Positions 13,612-26,684 of a stretch of 64,000 nucleotides of DNA are shown one piece after another. The DNA lies in contig NW_025964383.1 of the NCBI RefSeq assembly GCF_023055435.1, forward strand, positions 12,834,001 through 12,898,000, given 5' to 3'. The notes under the pieces were generated by a model. That model made no database searches. It had not been told where the DNA came from and was given only the letters and a program-made list of their open reading frames with translations. Position 1 is the first letter of the stretch, and each line of letters starts with the position of its first letter. The position numbers and the translations under genes are program-made. Origin of the DNA: Haliotis rufescens (Eukaryota).

Positions 13612-13761
13612 TCTTTTTACGTACGTCTATGAAACTCGTGCCTGTTTTGTGCCGTAAATGGAACAGGCTGTGTTAGGATGGCATGGTGCCAAATATGATA
13701 CAGGCTGACAATGAGTATGTGTGTGCATGTTTTATATCAATCTGAGATACCCATAGATAAG

Positions 13762-13970
13762 ATTGTTTCTTTGTTGTTTTACGCCACACTCAGCAATATT
13801 CCAGCTATATGACGGCAGTCTGTAAATAATCGAGTCTGGACCAGACAAGTGATTAATATCATGAGCATTGATCCACGCAATTGGGATCGATCACATGCAT
13901 CAACCAAGTCAGCGAGCCTGACCACCCGATCCCGTTAGTCGACTCCTACGACAAGCATAGTCGCCTTTAA
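13762..13970 (-). mobile_element. SINE family C
   Basis: Shared tail acgccacactcagcaatattccagctatatgacgg and core gtcagcgagcctgaccacccgatcccgttagtcg. Confidence 0.8.
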
Positions 13971-14059
13971 CGGAATGGACCTTGCTTGACACATGTCTCT
14001 ACGTTGATTGGTAACAGCTCTTAGTCTCTCAATTATCTTTAAGTTTTGTGTCTTCCAGA

Positions 14060-15104
14060 ATGGACGCCTTCCCGAAGTGTTCTATATGTCAGCAGCAGTT
14101 TACCCTGAAAAGTCCAGTCCCCTACTTACTGCCCTGTCTACACGCTGTGTGTGAGACGTGTGTGACATCTGCAGCTGGTGGAGTGATATCATGCTTTACA
14201 TGTCAGAGGGAGGTCAACCTCACAGACACAAGTCTCCAGAAGGATGCAGTCAGACAGAAGGAAATATTCCACCTGACAGTCAAACATCGCCCAACAGAGC
14301 TTCTCTGTACAAATGAAGATGACGGGAACCAGGCTGTGTGTTGGTGTCAGGATTGTGAAGAGTTCCTCTGTGAATACTGCCAGAACATGCACAGCAGCGT
14401 CAAACTTACCAAGAACCATGTACTTCAAAACTTTGGTGACATGGGACCGACTGTCTCGAATATTCCATCATATTGCGGTATCCATAAACACCACCCCCTT
14501 TATCTGTTTGATAAAAGCTGCAAGAAGTTAATCTGTGCGAGATGTAGGATTGAAGACCACGCAGACCATGAAGTTGTGGAGCTGGATGTGGTTGCTGATA
14601 CTGTAACAAAACAGCTGGACCATCATAAGAATGAGCTCTCAAAGTTACAGGCTCGCCAGCAATCACATATGCAGAGCCTTAGGCAAGGAAGCGAATTCAC
14701 AGACAAAACACACAACACTTTGAAAGAAAGTATTGGCCACACATTTCAATCTCTGAGATCACAACTTGACCAAAGAGAGAAGGAACTTCTGATCGATGTT
14801 GAAAGTCAGACGAAGGAGACCAAGTCAACTCTATATGCTCGTCTAAACACCTGTGAAGAAGAATGGAAGACATGCACTGGGGCTTTAGACTACATCGCCA
14901 AAGTCTTCCTCTATGCCTCGAAGTCAGACCTCGTGGAGAGTTATGTAGGGGACATAACTCGGAACTATCTAGAAACTGCTGCGCCTCAAACACATGTCGT
15001 ACCTTCAGCTGTCTTCAACACCAACAGCTTGTCAACACTGAAATCAACCATATCAGTGTTTGGTGCCATTTTGCCAAGGGAAGTGGATGAGGAATCAGTA
15101 AAAG
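14060..15104 (+). CDS. TRIM copy 1 coding exon 1: RING, B-box1, B-box2, coiled coil
   Basis: ORF 14048-15229; CSIC..LLPCLHAVCETC..CFTC; CWCQDCEEFLCEYCQNMH..H; CGIH..C..ICARC..H..H. Confidence 0.93.
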
Positions 15105-18100
15105 GTATTCACATCGAACATCATTGTAGTTTTATTCATTCTTTGTATGCGTACAGTTTTTTGCAAGTTCTTGTGACGATCTATTTCGTTTGCAGCCCCT
15201 CTGTTTTCTTCATGTGTTTCTCTATCTAAGACTCATGCTTTGTTTCTGAAGATTTAATGTTCGTAGACTGCACATAACATGTTCCCGGTGTTAATCGTCA
15301 GGAGTTATCCATCTGTTGTTTCAGACAAGGATACTCAAACTGACGATGACTTTATGGCAGACTTGGAAAGGAAACACAAAATGGTGAGTACAATCAGAAA
15401 AATCATGAAATCTTGCATGCACACTGACCAACAAACTGACCAACTACAGGTTGATCCAAAGCAAATTTGCCTCAATCGTCATAACTATGTTTTGTCATAT
15501 TGAGAGAAAGTGCATCAGACCATTTAACGCTTGTATTTTCGCAGGACCTGACAGAGCTGAAGACGAAAATTGCTTCAGATGAGAAACATATTGAAAGCCT
15601 CAAAACACTTACAGACAAGCTCAGTGTCGAAATCAGAAGCTTGAAATCGGTTTGTTTTTATTACCTAACATGTACACACCTTTAGACGTGTCAGCGTCTA
15701 TCATTTTATTCAAATATGTTGTGTGAGAGTGTCTTGAATTTTTGATATTGATTGCAACCGTTAATGATTGCATGTCTTGGAAATCCTTGACCCATGAGAT
15801 CCCATGACAGACACATGCTTTGTTATATAATACATATGCTATATTTTCAGCGCATTGAGGAGAAGGAAACCACAGAGAAGACCGCCTCAAACACCAGGGA
15901 GGTCTTACTTGGTAAATTTGTATCAAACTTCTTCTTTAAACCTCCCTTAATCACATTATCTCAGATACGTTTGAAAACTAAACATGCATCTCTATTTCCG
16001 TGAGTGGTAAACAGAGTAAAACCCACACACGAAGTCCCCCTGTCTCATCACACATATATATGGTGATGTATATATTGATGTTACAGGTGTGGCCAGAGAA
16101 TGCGGTGTTCATCTGCTGAAGTCAGAAGTTGTAGACAGATCAATGGTGCTGAAGTGTGAGTACATTTATCATGTATCTCCTTTGATATAAGTTTTCATGT
16201 CCATCGTGTTCAAGTATTATAAAACGTCAACACGTATGGTACATTTAGTCACCAACTACGATTGAGGGGCATAGAGTAATAAACTGGCTCATGCTTGGGC
16301 TAATGAAGGCCAGGCGCTGGCAGTCTTCGTGTGTCATTGGCTTGTTTATCTGGCCCATTTTAATTACTTGCAGGACACGTTGGTAACTGTGTACAACATC
16401 AGTCATTACAGCTTAATGTTGCTACATGATTAATTCACAACGCTTTGGTGTGACGTTGTTTCATTAATGATTATTTCTATACTCGTATATGCACGGGGTC
16501 GGTGTACGGTTCTCTGTAGGAAGTGGCAACATGGAGTCGAAGGCTTGCAGTATATACACACTGCTTTAGACAGGTAGATATATGTATATACAAGAAGCAC
16601 TAGGTGCCAGGGCAGCACAATCTGTTGGTGCCACGGATCGCCTTACCTACCCCTAGCTAGGCTGGGGGTGCGGCTATATTTCTTTGTCACAAGTCCAAAT
16701 ATTTCATATCCATGGTCAACAGACACGGATTAAGTCAACAATATAAACAACAGTAAATAATGAGTGACAAAGTTGCACACCTCGTTCAGGATGGCTGACA
16801 GTCGACGTACAATACAATTGAGATTTGCATATTTGAAGTAATTGCAATTAAGATAATAGACATATATATTTTATGGCTACAGGGTAATTCGCCTTTGTTC
16901 ATGCAGACAAAGGTCGCTTTAACAAATCTTACCAACCATATCATCGTCTTGGAAATGTTTACCTTAAAGTGAACCAATGACAGTTGCCATAAGTAGACAT
17001 TCCCCCCGCCTATGGTATCACGAAAAATATTTGCCAGATGGGTGAGTGCGTGTATTGTGATTAACGCCACTTTAAAATTCAATTCTGTTATACGATTTGG
17101 TAGCAGTTTAACATAGGTGAAAACCCCGAAGTAATGCAGGTCTTAGACCTTCAACCTTCTGATGAAGAACCCATGAGCTGACAAATGATATTCTGGGCTA
17201 ATTTTGAAATCAAACCAAAGATCACACAATTCTGCCACGCCTCGTTAAAACGAATAAGTTAGAAGTAAAACAAACATAGTATATTCTAAAGTCCATTGCC
17301 TTGGTGACACAAAAGAGTGAATGCGCGAATTGGGTTGAACCCCTCTTTAAAAAGTATTTCCTTGATATACCGACATGTCAGCTTGTGTGAGAGGAACGGA
17401 CAAAGTGATACAGGCATTAGGCAGTTGTCATGTATGAGGTGCTGACAAACATGATCAGGGAGAATCTTGGATTAGAATCCACGAGCATAGGTTTCTCAAA
17501 TTCGCCAGCAAATTGGGAAGCCAGAGGCGACTTGGCCACCAATGCCCCGACATGAAAGCCATTCGGTGGAATTAACTGCTTACAATTTACGAGATGCGGG
17601 GTGACAGTGGTTTTAGTGGTTTCCAACAGTGTTTCCTACTGCAGCTATAATTTATCGAGGAAATGAGCAGGAAAATACCGACTGAAATATTCCAGCAACA
17701 TGACAGCGGTCTGTAAATATTCGAGATCGAGTCTGGATCAGATAATCCAGTTATTGATATTATGAGCATCGATCCACCACGCAATTGGGATGCGATGACA
17801 TGCATCAACTATGTCAGCGAGTCTGAGCACCCGCTGTGAAGAAATGAGCGAGGAAAGAAGTGAGGGGGGTGGGGGAGGGATGGGTGGTGACAGTTGTTTC
17901 CAACAGTGTTTCTCACTGCAACTGTAACCTATCGAGGAAATGAGCAGGAAAATAAAGACTGAAAGCATAATCACGAGCACGGACATTGGGGACACACAAA
18001 CTGCGAGCACCCTGGCCACCCGACCGCCATCTCAGACGACGTAATGGGGACCTTGAAGAGAAGAAAGACGATGCAATCACTGCCAGGCAGACATTTTTAC

Positions 18101-21100
18101 ACGTTTGATGCACCCTTAGGATGTTCTGTATATCGTGCAATATCTGCGAAGTTCGGTCTACTTCTAAGATGTAATATCTGAAACATGTTAACATAAGCCT
18201 CACAATAATAAAAACCGAGCCAGTATGAAGTTGTCAGTGTTAATCGTGAGTTTCATGTACAGGCAGGTACAGAGGACTGTTTAACCGCTAAATTGGTCAT
18301 GTTGTTACCATTGACACTGTTGTGTCTGGTGATGTGCGTGTGTGAATAATTTCAAGTACATCAATATTCGCCTGCCGATAAAGTCACCGTGTTACTGAGA
18401 CGTGACAATATAGTCTCACAGACTTGGTTCTAAATAACCTGTGTGTCGCTCACGTGTGAATACAAATGTGTGTTGTGATGTATTAAGCAGATTATCGTTC
18501 CAGGGTAATGAAACTGCTATTGCAACACGTTGAACATTATTTATACACTGTTTGTGACCTTAGTCCCCAAATACGTGGATATCAAGGTTCACACATTAAG
18601 ATTTAAGACACTGGAACTTCTGCATGTATGTCTTGTCATTGTTCTTGCATCCGCCTCCTAACCTGCCGACATCTCAACTCTTTTATTATTACTTCCTTCG
18701 TTTGAACATTATAGACGGCGACTTGCGAAACGGACAATTTACAGGAGCTAATTTATTTTAAAGGCGAAATAGAGTTTGAAATATTGCATATAGCATTACT
18801 ACAAAACAATACCAAAAGTATCGAGCGATTTGAATGAATGGATGCGACATAGGAAGGAATAGGTGTAACATACTTATCAACAGAACATGTTGGCGGTGCA
18901 TTGTAAGGGTACAAACAATCGAGGAAGGCGACATGCGTGTGTGGTAAAAACCATAAACGTTTGAGATGACTTGATCAATAATGAGTTGTTCCCAACAAAT
19001 GGTCAAACTGTCGTTTATGCTCGACAAGGTCCGAATCAATCTCCCAATGACAATTTGCAGGATTCTTGTCAATTAATGTTGCAGCGGCTGGCCCAATTCG
19101 GCTAACGGCAGCCGTTGGCGTCGGCGTACACGTCCCCGGATTATGCGTTATAGGGGAGAGATCAGAACTCATGGATTTCATTGCAATCTTGTGATGTTTT
19201 GCTGTTGGAGGTAGTCATGAACGATACGTTTTCGTCTTGAAAGGCAAAACGTGGACTAGCATGCAGCGAAAACGGAACTACTATCGCCGCTAGCATGCTA
19301 TCTCGGTAGTACTGTCCAGTGACCGTCTTACATGTATGGACAATATGCAGTGGCGTTCTGGCAGTCATAGTGATCCTGCCCCATATCAGTACAGAGCTCG
19401 CAGCGATTTTGACAAAATCAAGAATGACCCCCTAGCCAGTGCACGGAGGTGACCCACGTGAGATGTTTCGGGTGTGTTGGGGCGTTAGGTTTTGGTTAAA
19501 AAAACTGTTCCATCTCTGGCATCCATATTTCTGGCGTGTCCAATGGACGCAACTCTGCAAATATGACATAGGTCTTGGGTGAGGTGAGGTGAAATTGGGT
19601 TTAACGTCGCGTCCATGATTATTGCACTTGTGTGTGGCTGCTTGTAATAGTTCGGACTGATGCCGATTTATATGCTTGCTCACTGAGATACCATGTGGCA
19701 GTTTAACATGAATACCCCACTCAGACACAGTATACTGACTCCGAGCCGACCAGTCCTTGTTTTAGCCCCTTAATGTCCAGCCTCAGACAGGGTAACAACA
19801 AGTATCATCTTTTAACGTCTTTTGGTATGACGCGGCCGGGGATTGAACCCCGGACCTTAAGCTCGCGAAGCTCTAGTAAATAGCGTTATTGACTTGTATT
19901 TACAGGTTATATTTTGCTAATCGGGGTTTGCGTCCATTGACAAAAATTATTTAAAAACATTTCCCATTTCATAATAATCAATAAAATTATCCCTACTTGT
20001 CACCGACCAGTTATCGCCATTTTTCATGTTATTTCTGAAATATCCCACGTTCAAAGTTAACTGTGCAATAAACTTTGAAAATGGGCAAATGTGCGTATTT
20101 CTGTCAGTGGAAAAATCCAATTCTGCTAACGTAGACGGTAGCCGTTGACGTCGGCGTACACGTCCCTGCATTATGCGTTATAGGGGAGAGATCAGAACTC
20201 ACGGCTGCAAGCTCCTCGCAGCGATAGCCCGTTCGCGGAACTCTCTATACCATCGCTGCCACCAGTCAATTATTTGAGGGACATACATCTGATGATTTTC
20301 TAATCCTGACAGTCATTTAGTTTCAACATTGCGTACAATCATACAAATGTTATTTGTTATGTCATGGAAAGAGTTTAGTCGCTTTTATTTAAATCTTTCT
20401 GTCATTTCTCACTGAAAATACTATCTCACTGCTTTAAATATCACTTTTTCATTTTTCATAACCTGCATCGTGAAACTCTAGTAAACAGCGTTATTGATTT
20501 GTATTTACAGGTTATATTTTGCTAATTGGGGTTTGCGTCCATTGACACATTTTTTTGAAAACATTAACTATTTAATAATAATAAACTTATCCCTACTTGT
20601 TAACGACCAGGTATCGCCATTTTTCATATTATTTCTGAAATATCCCACGTTAAAAGTTTACTGTGCAATAAACTTTGCAAATGGACAAATGCGCGTGTTT
20701 CTGTGCGTAGAAAAAAATCATTAGCTTCCTGTTATAACGCGACAACAGGGAATCAAATCAGTGGAAAAAGAAATTTTCCGTCGACAAACTGTACCAGTTA
20801 TCGCCATCATCTAAACAGCAAGTGCCACGTGATCAAGCACACCACTTCACTTTTACAAATTACATTTTTTATTTTCTCTGTTATCGCAAGCTGTTTTTAT
20901 ATTTGTTACAATTAATTAGAAATGCTTTTATCAATTTGTCGTCTGCAAACTGACGTAGACCAATGTGATCTACACGCTATGTACTATGGATTTCGCGATA
21001 TATACAGGGTTATTCACATTTGGAAAATAGCTCAAATAGGTTTTGGAATTGTTTTGGTGGAAGAAATGACAGACAGAAAGTAAGCTATGACAGATCTGAA

Positions 21101-23145
21101 AGTGCATCATCGTGTTGTTGGATTTTTGTTTCCGCGTGAGTTAGTCACGTGACACCGCCCGCGTGTCTCTTCTAAAGTTGTATTTGAGCAAGGTGATTAT
21201 ACGGTATGTATTTTAATATTTATTCACAGGAGTAATTTTTGTTTATCATTTGTAGATAAATATTTCTCTCTTCTAATGAAACCGAGCAAAGGTAAAACGA
21301 GATGCGATCACGTGCGCGCTGTAACGGAGAGTAAGCGATAATTGGTCTTCATCGACAGCTGGTCACTGGTCAGTTTTCAGGGTAACATGCGTGTTCACAG
21401 TTAGTTAACGGGAAAGTTCTCTTTCCACTCGTATTTCCTTCTCTGTGGTATAATAGAAATCAACCTATATGTTGTCCACGCAATGACATGAGCGCAGTTG
21501 ATATAATTTCACAAAACCAAATGTTTGTCGTGATGTTTTCGATACCAATTTTCAGAAATGACTAGAATGAAATTGACAACAATTGTTCACCTGCTTGCCT
21601 CTGCTTTTGAAACTGAGAGCAATCAAATAGCACGCGCCTCGGCTGGAGCGATGTCGACGTGATTTGCACGTTCTGGGCGGGCGGCTGGTCTATTTCGCAC
21701 GTGCCTCACGACGTTTCTTCTGACAGCAAAGCGCGAGGACATTTCAAAATATATTTGTATGTTTACAATTAATTTAATTGCTGTTTGGTCTCAACATGTT
21801 TTCGTTTGCAGAAGAACACTAAAACATACTCCAAATAATATAATAGCAGAATGTTCCAGAAATATTTCAAACATGACTTGTTCACTACATTTAATGTCGC
21901 TTATTGTTTATTGTGTTATTGACTGCTTGTGTCCTGTTCTGATAATGCTGCCCATCTCCTGTCTCCCATCGCCAAGCCCCCCAGCCCCCAGTGCGTCCTC
22001 CAACGTGCTACACCAAACTCCCCCAACTACCGGATGACGTCACCAGGTCACGTGACACTGTGATCTCAACATCCTCATTTTAAGCTTCTTCCTCATTATA
22101 CCGCGTTTACTCGTTTTTCTGTTAAACGACGGTGAACAACTGTGTTCGAGAGTATTCGCGCTCTGCGTGATTATTGCGCGATGTGTATCCTTTTGTTTTA
22201 GTAATTCAGAATCTACACTGCAAATATTTCAGTGACGAACCTCTTACACCATACCTGTTACTAACTTATTTTACATTCGCGTTAAAATATTACAGTATAC
22301 ATACACCAAAACGCAATACACAGTAGGTTTTATGTTAATCCTACTGCACTGTGATTATATTACACTATTTGTATGTCAGTACATTGTACTTAGCTGTGAA
22401 TTCCTTGCAATTGGATATTTTTGTACAACTTTACTATCCCAATTTGTCTCATGTGTTATTCACTTGTAAACTACATTCATATGTTGTAGGTATACATCTG
22501 AAGTATGACAAAGACAGAGTCAATCTCGACACAGTCCACATCAACACAGAAGGAGACCTGGTCAACAGGGAGTCGGACACCAGACCTGCAGGGGAGGGGA
22601 GACTGAAGAAGTACTGGGGCACATGTAGCACTGCCCCCCTCCCCCGGGCTGGCTGTCCCCAGTACTGGGAGGTGTTGAACAGGGTCAGTCTGGACGAACC
22701 ACTCACAGATAACGTCCTCATCCTGGAGGTGGGTGTATGCAGGGAGGAGCAGAGGGACGTGTCACACTGTATCAATGCACAACCCAGCACCTGCTGCATG
22801 CAGGTCGTCCACTGTCCTACACACGGCGGGATATGCAGGGAGACATGGAAGGAGAGGAAGCATGTGCTGTGTCTGCCTGACACTCTCCCCAACACAGCAG
22901 GGGCATCACACACACTACATTACGGTGTTGTCTATGATGACACCAGGAAGAAGATTGTCTTCATTGATGTGAAGGAGAATAGAGTGATATCGACGTTAGA
23001 CAATGTAGACTCCAGTCAGCCACTGTGGCCGATGTTCGGGGTGTATATGCCCTCATTGGGTATTGTCAGCATGACACTTGTAGTGGGCAGCGACATCAAC
23101 ATGACAGAGGAGAAGAAAGCAATGATTGTCAAGGCGCTGTCGTGA
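14060..23145 (+). CDS. TRIM E3 ligase copy 1 (RING, B-box1, B-box2, coiled coil, SPRY-like), 664 aa; join(14060..15104,15325..15383,15545..15649,15851..15911,16087..16155,22490..23145)
   Basis: All GT-AG junctions phase-compatible (1,0,0,1,1), total 1995 nt; C3HC4 RING, two B-boxes, coiled coil, YWEV/LEVGV/GVVYD/LWPMFG SPRY-type motifs. Confidence 0.88.
15325..15383 (+). CDS. TRIM copy 1 coding exon 2
   Basis: tttcag|..ATG|gtgagt, conserved in copy 2. Confidence 0.8.
15545..15649 (+). CDS. TRIM copy 1 coding exon 3 (coiled coil)
   Basis: ttcgcag|GAC..TCG|gtttgt. Confidence 0.8.
15851..15911 (+). CDS. TRIM copy 1 coding exon 4
   Basis: ttttcag|CGC..G|gtaaat. Confidence 0.8.
16087..16155 (+). 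CDS. TRIM copy 1 coding exon 5
   Basis: ttacag|GT..T|gtgagt. Confidence 0.8.
18780..19395 (-). pseudogene. Tc1/mariner transposase 3' fragment in the TRIM intron (second piece 20125-20205; paralogs 43790-44360, 45270-45350)
   Basis: SVLIWGRITMTARTPLHIV..TGQYYRDSML..VVPF..FQDENV; SDLSPI..GRVRRRQRLPSTLAEL. Confidence 0.7.
19579..19870 (-). mobile_element. tRNA SINE family D (Meta-domain-like); other copies 27880-28000, 35935-36065, 44732-45020, 52845-52965
   Basis: Rev-comp B box ggttcaatcc followed by gtcataccaaaagacgttaaaagatgatac. Confidence 0.7.
19871..20710. repeat. ~235-bp direct repeat (19871-20110 and 20477-20710), also present in copy 2
   Basis: ctctagtaaa.agcgttattga.ttgtatttacaggttatattttgc... 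occurs twice. Confidence 0.8.
22030..22056. promoter_or_regulatory. Intronic ETS-like + CRE + E-box/CLEAR motif cluster
   Basis: CCGGATGACGTCACCAGGTCACGTGAC, identical at 47170-47196; a further GTCACGTGAC at 21144. Confidence 0.35.
22490..23145 (+). CDS. TRIM copy 1 terminal exon, SPRY/B30.2-like domain
   Basis: ORF 22351-23145; ttgtag|22490; PQYWEV, LEVGVC, HYGVVYD, QPLWPMFGVY. Confidence 0.9.
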
Positions 23146-25288
23146 TGGTGACAGTGATTGTCAAGGCGCTGTCGTGATGGTGACAATGGTTGTCAAGTGC
23201 TGTCGTGATAGTGACAATGATTGTCAAGGCGTAGTCGTGATGGGGACAATGATTGTTAAGGCGTTGTCGTGATGGTGACAATGGTTGTCAGGGCGTTGTC
23301 GTGATGGTGACAATGATTGTTCAGGCGCTGTCGTGATGGTGACAGTGATTGTCAAGGGCTATCGTGAAGGTGACAATGATTGTCAAGGGCTGTTGTGATG
23401 GTGACAATGATTGTTAAGGCGCGGTCGTGATGGTGTCAATGATTGTCAAGGCGCTGTCGTGATGGTGACAATGATTGTCAAGACGTTGTCGTGATGGTGA
23501 CAATGGTTGTCAATGCGTTGTCGTGATGGTGACAATGATTTCAAGGCATTGTCATGATGGTGACAATGATTGTCAAGGGCTGTCGTGATGGTGCAAATGA
23601 CTGTCAATGGGTTGTCGTGATGGTGACAATGATTGTCAAGGCGCTGTCATGATGGTGACAATGGTTGTCAAGGCGTTGCATGATGCTGACGATTATAAAG
23701 GCGTTGTCATGATGGTGACAATGATTGTCAAGGCGCCGTCATGATGGTGACAATGATTGTCAAAGCGTTGTCGTGATGGTGACAATGATTGTCAAGGCGT
23801 TGTCATGATGGTGACAATGATTGTCAAGGCGCTGTCGTGATGGGGACAATGGTTGTCAAGGCGCTGTCGTGATGGGGACAATGATTGTCAAAGCGCTGTC
23901 GTGATTGTGACAATGGTTGTCAAGGCGTTGTCGTGATGGTGACAATGATTGTTCAGGCGCCGTCGTGATGGTGACAATGATCGTCAAGGGCTATCGTGAT
24001 GATGACAATGATTGTCAATACGCTGTCGTGATGTTGACAATGATTGTCAAGGCGTTGTCGTGATGGTGACAATGGTTGTCAAGGCGTTCTGGTAATAGTG
24101 ACAATGCTTGTCAAGGCGTTGTCATGATGGTGACAATGATTGTCAAGGCGTTGTCGTGAAGGAAACAATGATTGTCAGGCCGTTGTCGTGATGTTGACAA
24201 TGGTTGTCAATGCATTGTCGTGATGGTGAAAATGATTGTCAAGGCGTTGTGATGATAGTGACAATGATTGTAAAGGGCTGTCGTGATAGTGACAATAATT
24301 TTCAAGGCTTTGTCGTGATGGGGACAATGATTATCAAGGCGTTGTTGTGATGGTGACAATGGTTGTCAAGGCGTTGTCGTGATGGTGACAATGATTGTCA
24401 AGACGTTGTCATAATGGTGACAATGTTTGTCAAGGCACTGTCGTGATAGTGACAATGATTGTCAAGGGCTGTCGTGATGGTGACAATGATTGTCAAGGCG
24501 TTGTCTTGATTGTGACAATGCTTGTCAACGGCTGTCGTGATGGTGACAATGATTGTCAATACGCTGTCGTGATGGTGACAGTGATTGTCAAGGCGCTGTC
24601 GTGATGTTGATAATGATTGTCATGGCACTGTCGTGATGGTGACAATGGTTGTCAAGGGCTGTCGTAATGGTGACAATGATTGTCAAGACGCTTTCGTGAT
24701 GATGACAATGTTTGTCAAGGGATGTCCTGATAGTGACAATGATTTTCAAGGCGTTGTCGTGAAGGAAACAATGATTGTCAGGGCGTTCTCGTGATGGTGA
24801 CAATGCTTTCAAGGCGTTGTCGTGATGGTGACAATGATTGTCAAGGCGTTGTCATGACGGTGACAATGATTGTAAAGGCGCTGTCGTGATGGTGACAATG
24901 ATTGTCAAGGTCTGTCGTGATGGTGACAATGATTGTCAAGGCGTTGTCTTGATGGTGACAATGATTGTCAAGGGCTGTCGTGATGGTGACAATGATTGCC
25001 AATACGCTGTCATGATGGTGACAATGATTGTCAAGGCGCTGTCGTGATAGTGACAATGATTGTCAAGGCGTTGTCGTGATGGTGACAATGATTTCAAGGC
25101 ACTGTCGGGATGGTGACAATGATTGTCAAGGGTTGTCGTAATGGTGACAATTATTGTCAAGACGCTGTCGTGATGGTGACAATGATTGTCAAGGCGCTGT
25201 CGTGATGGTGACAATGATTGTCAAGGCACTGTCGGGATGGTGACAATGATTGTCAAGGCACTGTCGGGATGGTGACAATGATCGTGAT
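23121..25288 (+). repeat. 32-bp minisatellite (~68 units; consensus ATGATTGTCAAGGCGYTGTCGTGATGGTGACA) starting inside the TRIM stop region
   Basis: Directly visible tandem array with 31-bp variants. Confidence 0.97.
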
Positions 25289-25539
25289 ATGAACACACAG
25301 ATTTGTTGCAGATCCTTACTGATCAGGAACAACTACATGACTCGAACATGTCTTCTCTGTGAAGAAGGCATTCATCTTCGTATGTACAAATATCACAAGT
25401 AAACAGTGTAGTGTGTACACAACACAAAACCAGAAGTTTATCTTATGATCTCCTACACCTTTCAACTATAACCCCCTGAACCTGTAATCTTGATGTGATA
25501 TGTGTAAATGTATATAACATTTAGATAAAAGGTAAAACG

Positions 25540-25821
25540 TTTGTTGTTGTTTTTGTTTATTTGTTTGTTCGTTGTTTAACGCCGTACTCAACAATATTCC
25601 AGCTATATGATGGTGGTCGTTAACTAATCGAGTCTGGACCAGACAATTCAGTGATTGGCGTCAAGAGCATCCATCTTTGCAATTGGGATACGATGGCATG
25701 CATCAACCAAGTCAGCGAGCCTCACCGTCCAATCCTATTTGTCCCCTCTTACAAGCATAGTCGCCTCTCACAACTTGCATGTGTTGCTTAAGACCTATTC
25801 TGACTTTGATCTTCATGGGTG
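25540..25821 (-). mobile_element. SINE family C, near full length (paralog 50502-50783)
   Basis: (ttgt)n tail, shared 3' tail, core, and head cacccatgaagatc. Confidence 0.8.
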
Positions 25822-26684
25822 ACGTAAATCTATCATGGTACATGGTACGACACACAAGAAGGCAAGTCGCCGAACCTGACCAATCGATGGATGCTGTCGC
25901 CTCGTTTTGCATGCTGACAGGGGATAGCAGTGGGATTTCTTTAGATGTTTATCAAACAAAATAAAGTAAGTGACATTGCAATAAGCTATTGTTTTGATAA
26001 TAATAACTTAAAATTTGCTGATTTGCCGGACTAAGGAGGGCAGTTTAAAAGATTGAGGGCTTCTGCGAATGATTATTACAAGAAAAAATAGCGTTACCGT
26101 TATTATAGCTAAAATAGATAGAATTTGTTTTCAGATGAATATAAACATCAATATCGGTTTTGAAATATTTACTGCAATCAACAAACAATGAATGCCACTG
26201 AAGAACAAATCAGATGACGTCAAACAACGGGAGTCAAGCAATATGAGGACATTATCAAGTTACAATGGTCCGCTAATTCTGATAACATGCGGGTAGTTTA
26301 AAGATAATTCTCCCCATTTTAGCTATAAATTGCGTGGATCGATGCTCATGATGGCAATTACTGAACTGTTTGGTCCAGACTTGATTATTTATAGACCGCT
26401 GTCATATATCTCAACAATTGCTGAATGTGGCGTTAACCAGCAAACACACAAAAACCCATGGAGGTATGATTACATAGTTTGTAGCAATATACCGGGAAAC
26501 AACAGAAATGCCCTCAGCATTGGGACACTTTAACCATTATAATATGATTTTGTTATATTATTCCATAATGTTCCTCGGTAACATTTGTCTTGAAAACCTG
26601 TACAGTTTCCGAATACGATTTCAAGGCAACAAGCTGGTAGGGAGATGGAGGTATAGGTTGTATAAACCTTATGCATGTGCCGCC

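Noticed and set aside
15105-15229. Hydrophobic C-terminal tail of ORF 14048-15229 as a transmembrane anchor
   Set aside because: Intron read-through past the donor at 15104; not conserved in copy 2
23121-23160. SECIS-like AUGA..UGA hairpin after the TGA stop (selenocysteine readthrough)
   Set aside because: Stem too short, AA misplaced, and a second in-frame TGA follows two codons later
24395-25214. ORFs with CRDGDNDCQG (LDLa-like) or His-rich peptides
   Set aside because: Frame rotation of a 32/31-bp satellite; no splice or domain support
23121-25288. CRISPR-like array (32-bp palindromic repeats)
   Set aside because: Units are head-to-tail with no unique spacers, there are no cas genes, and the context is eukaryotic
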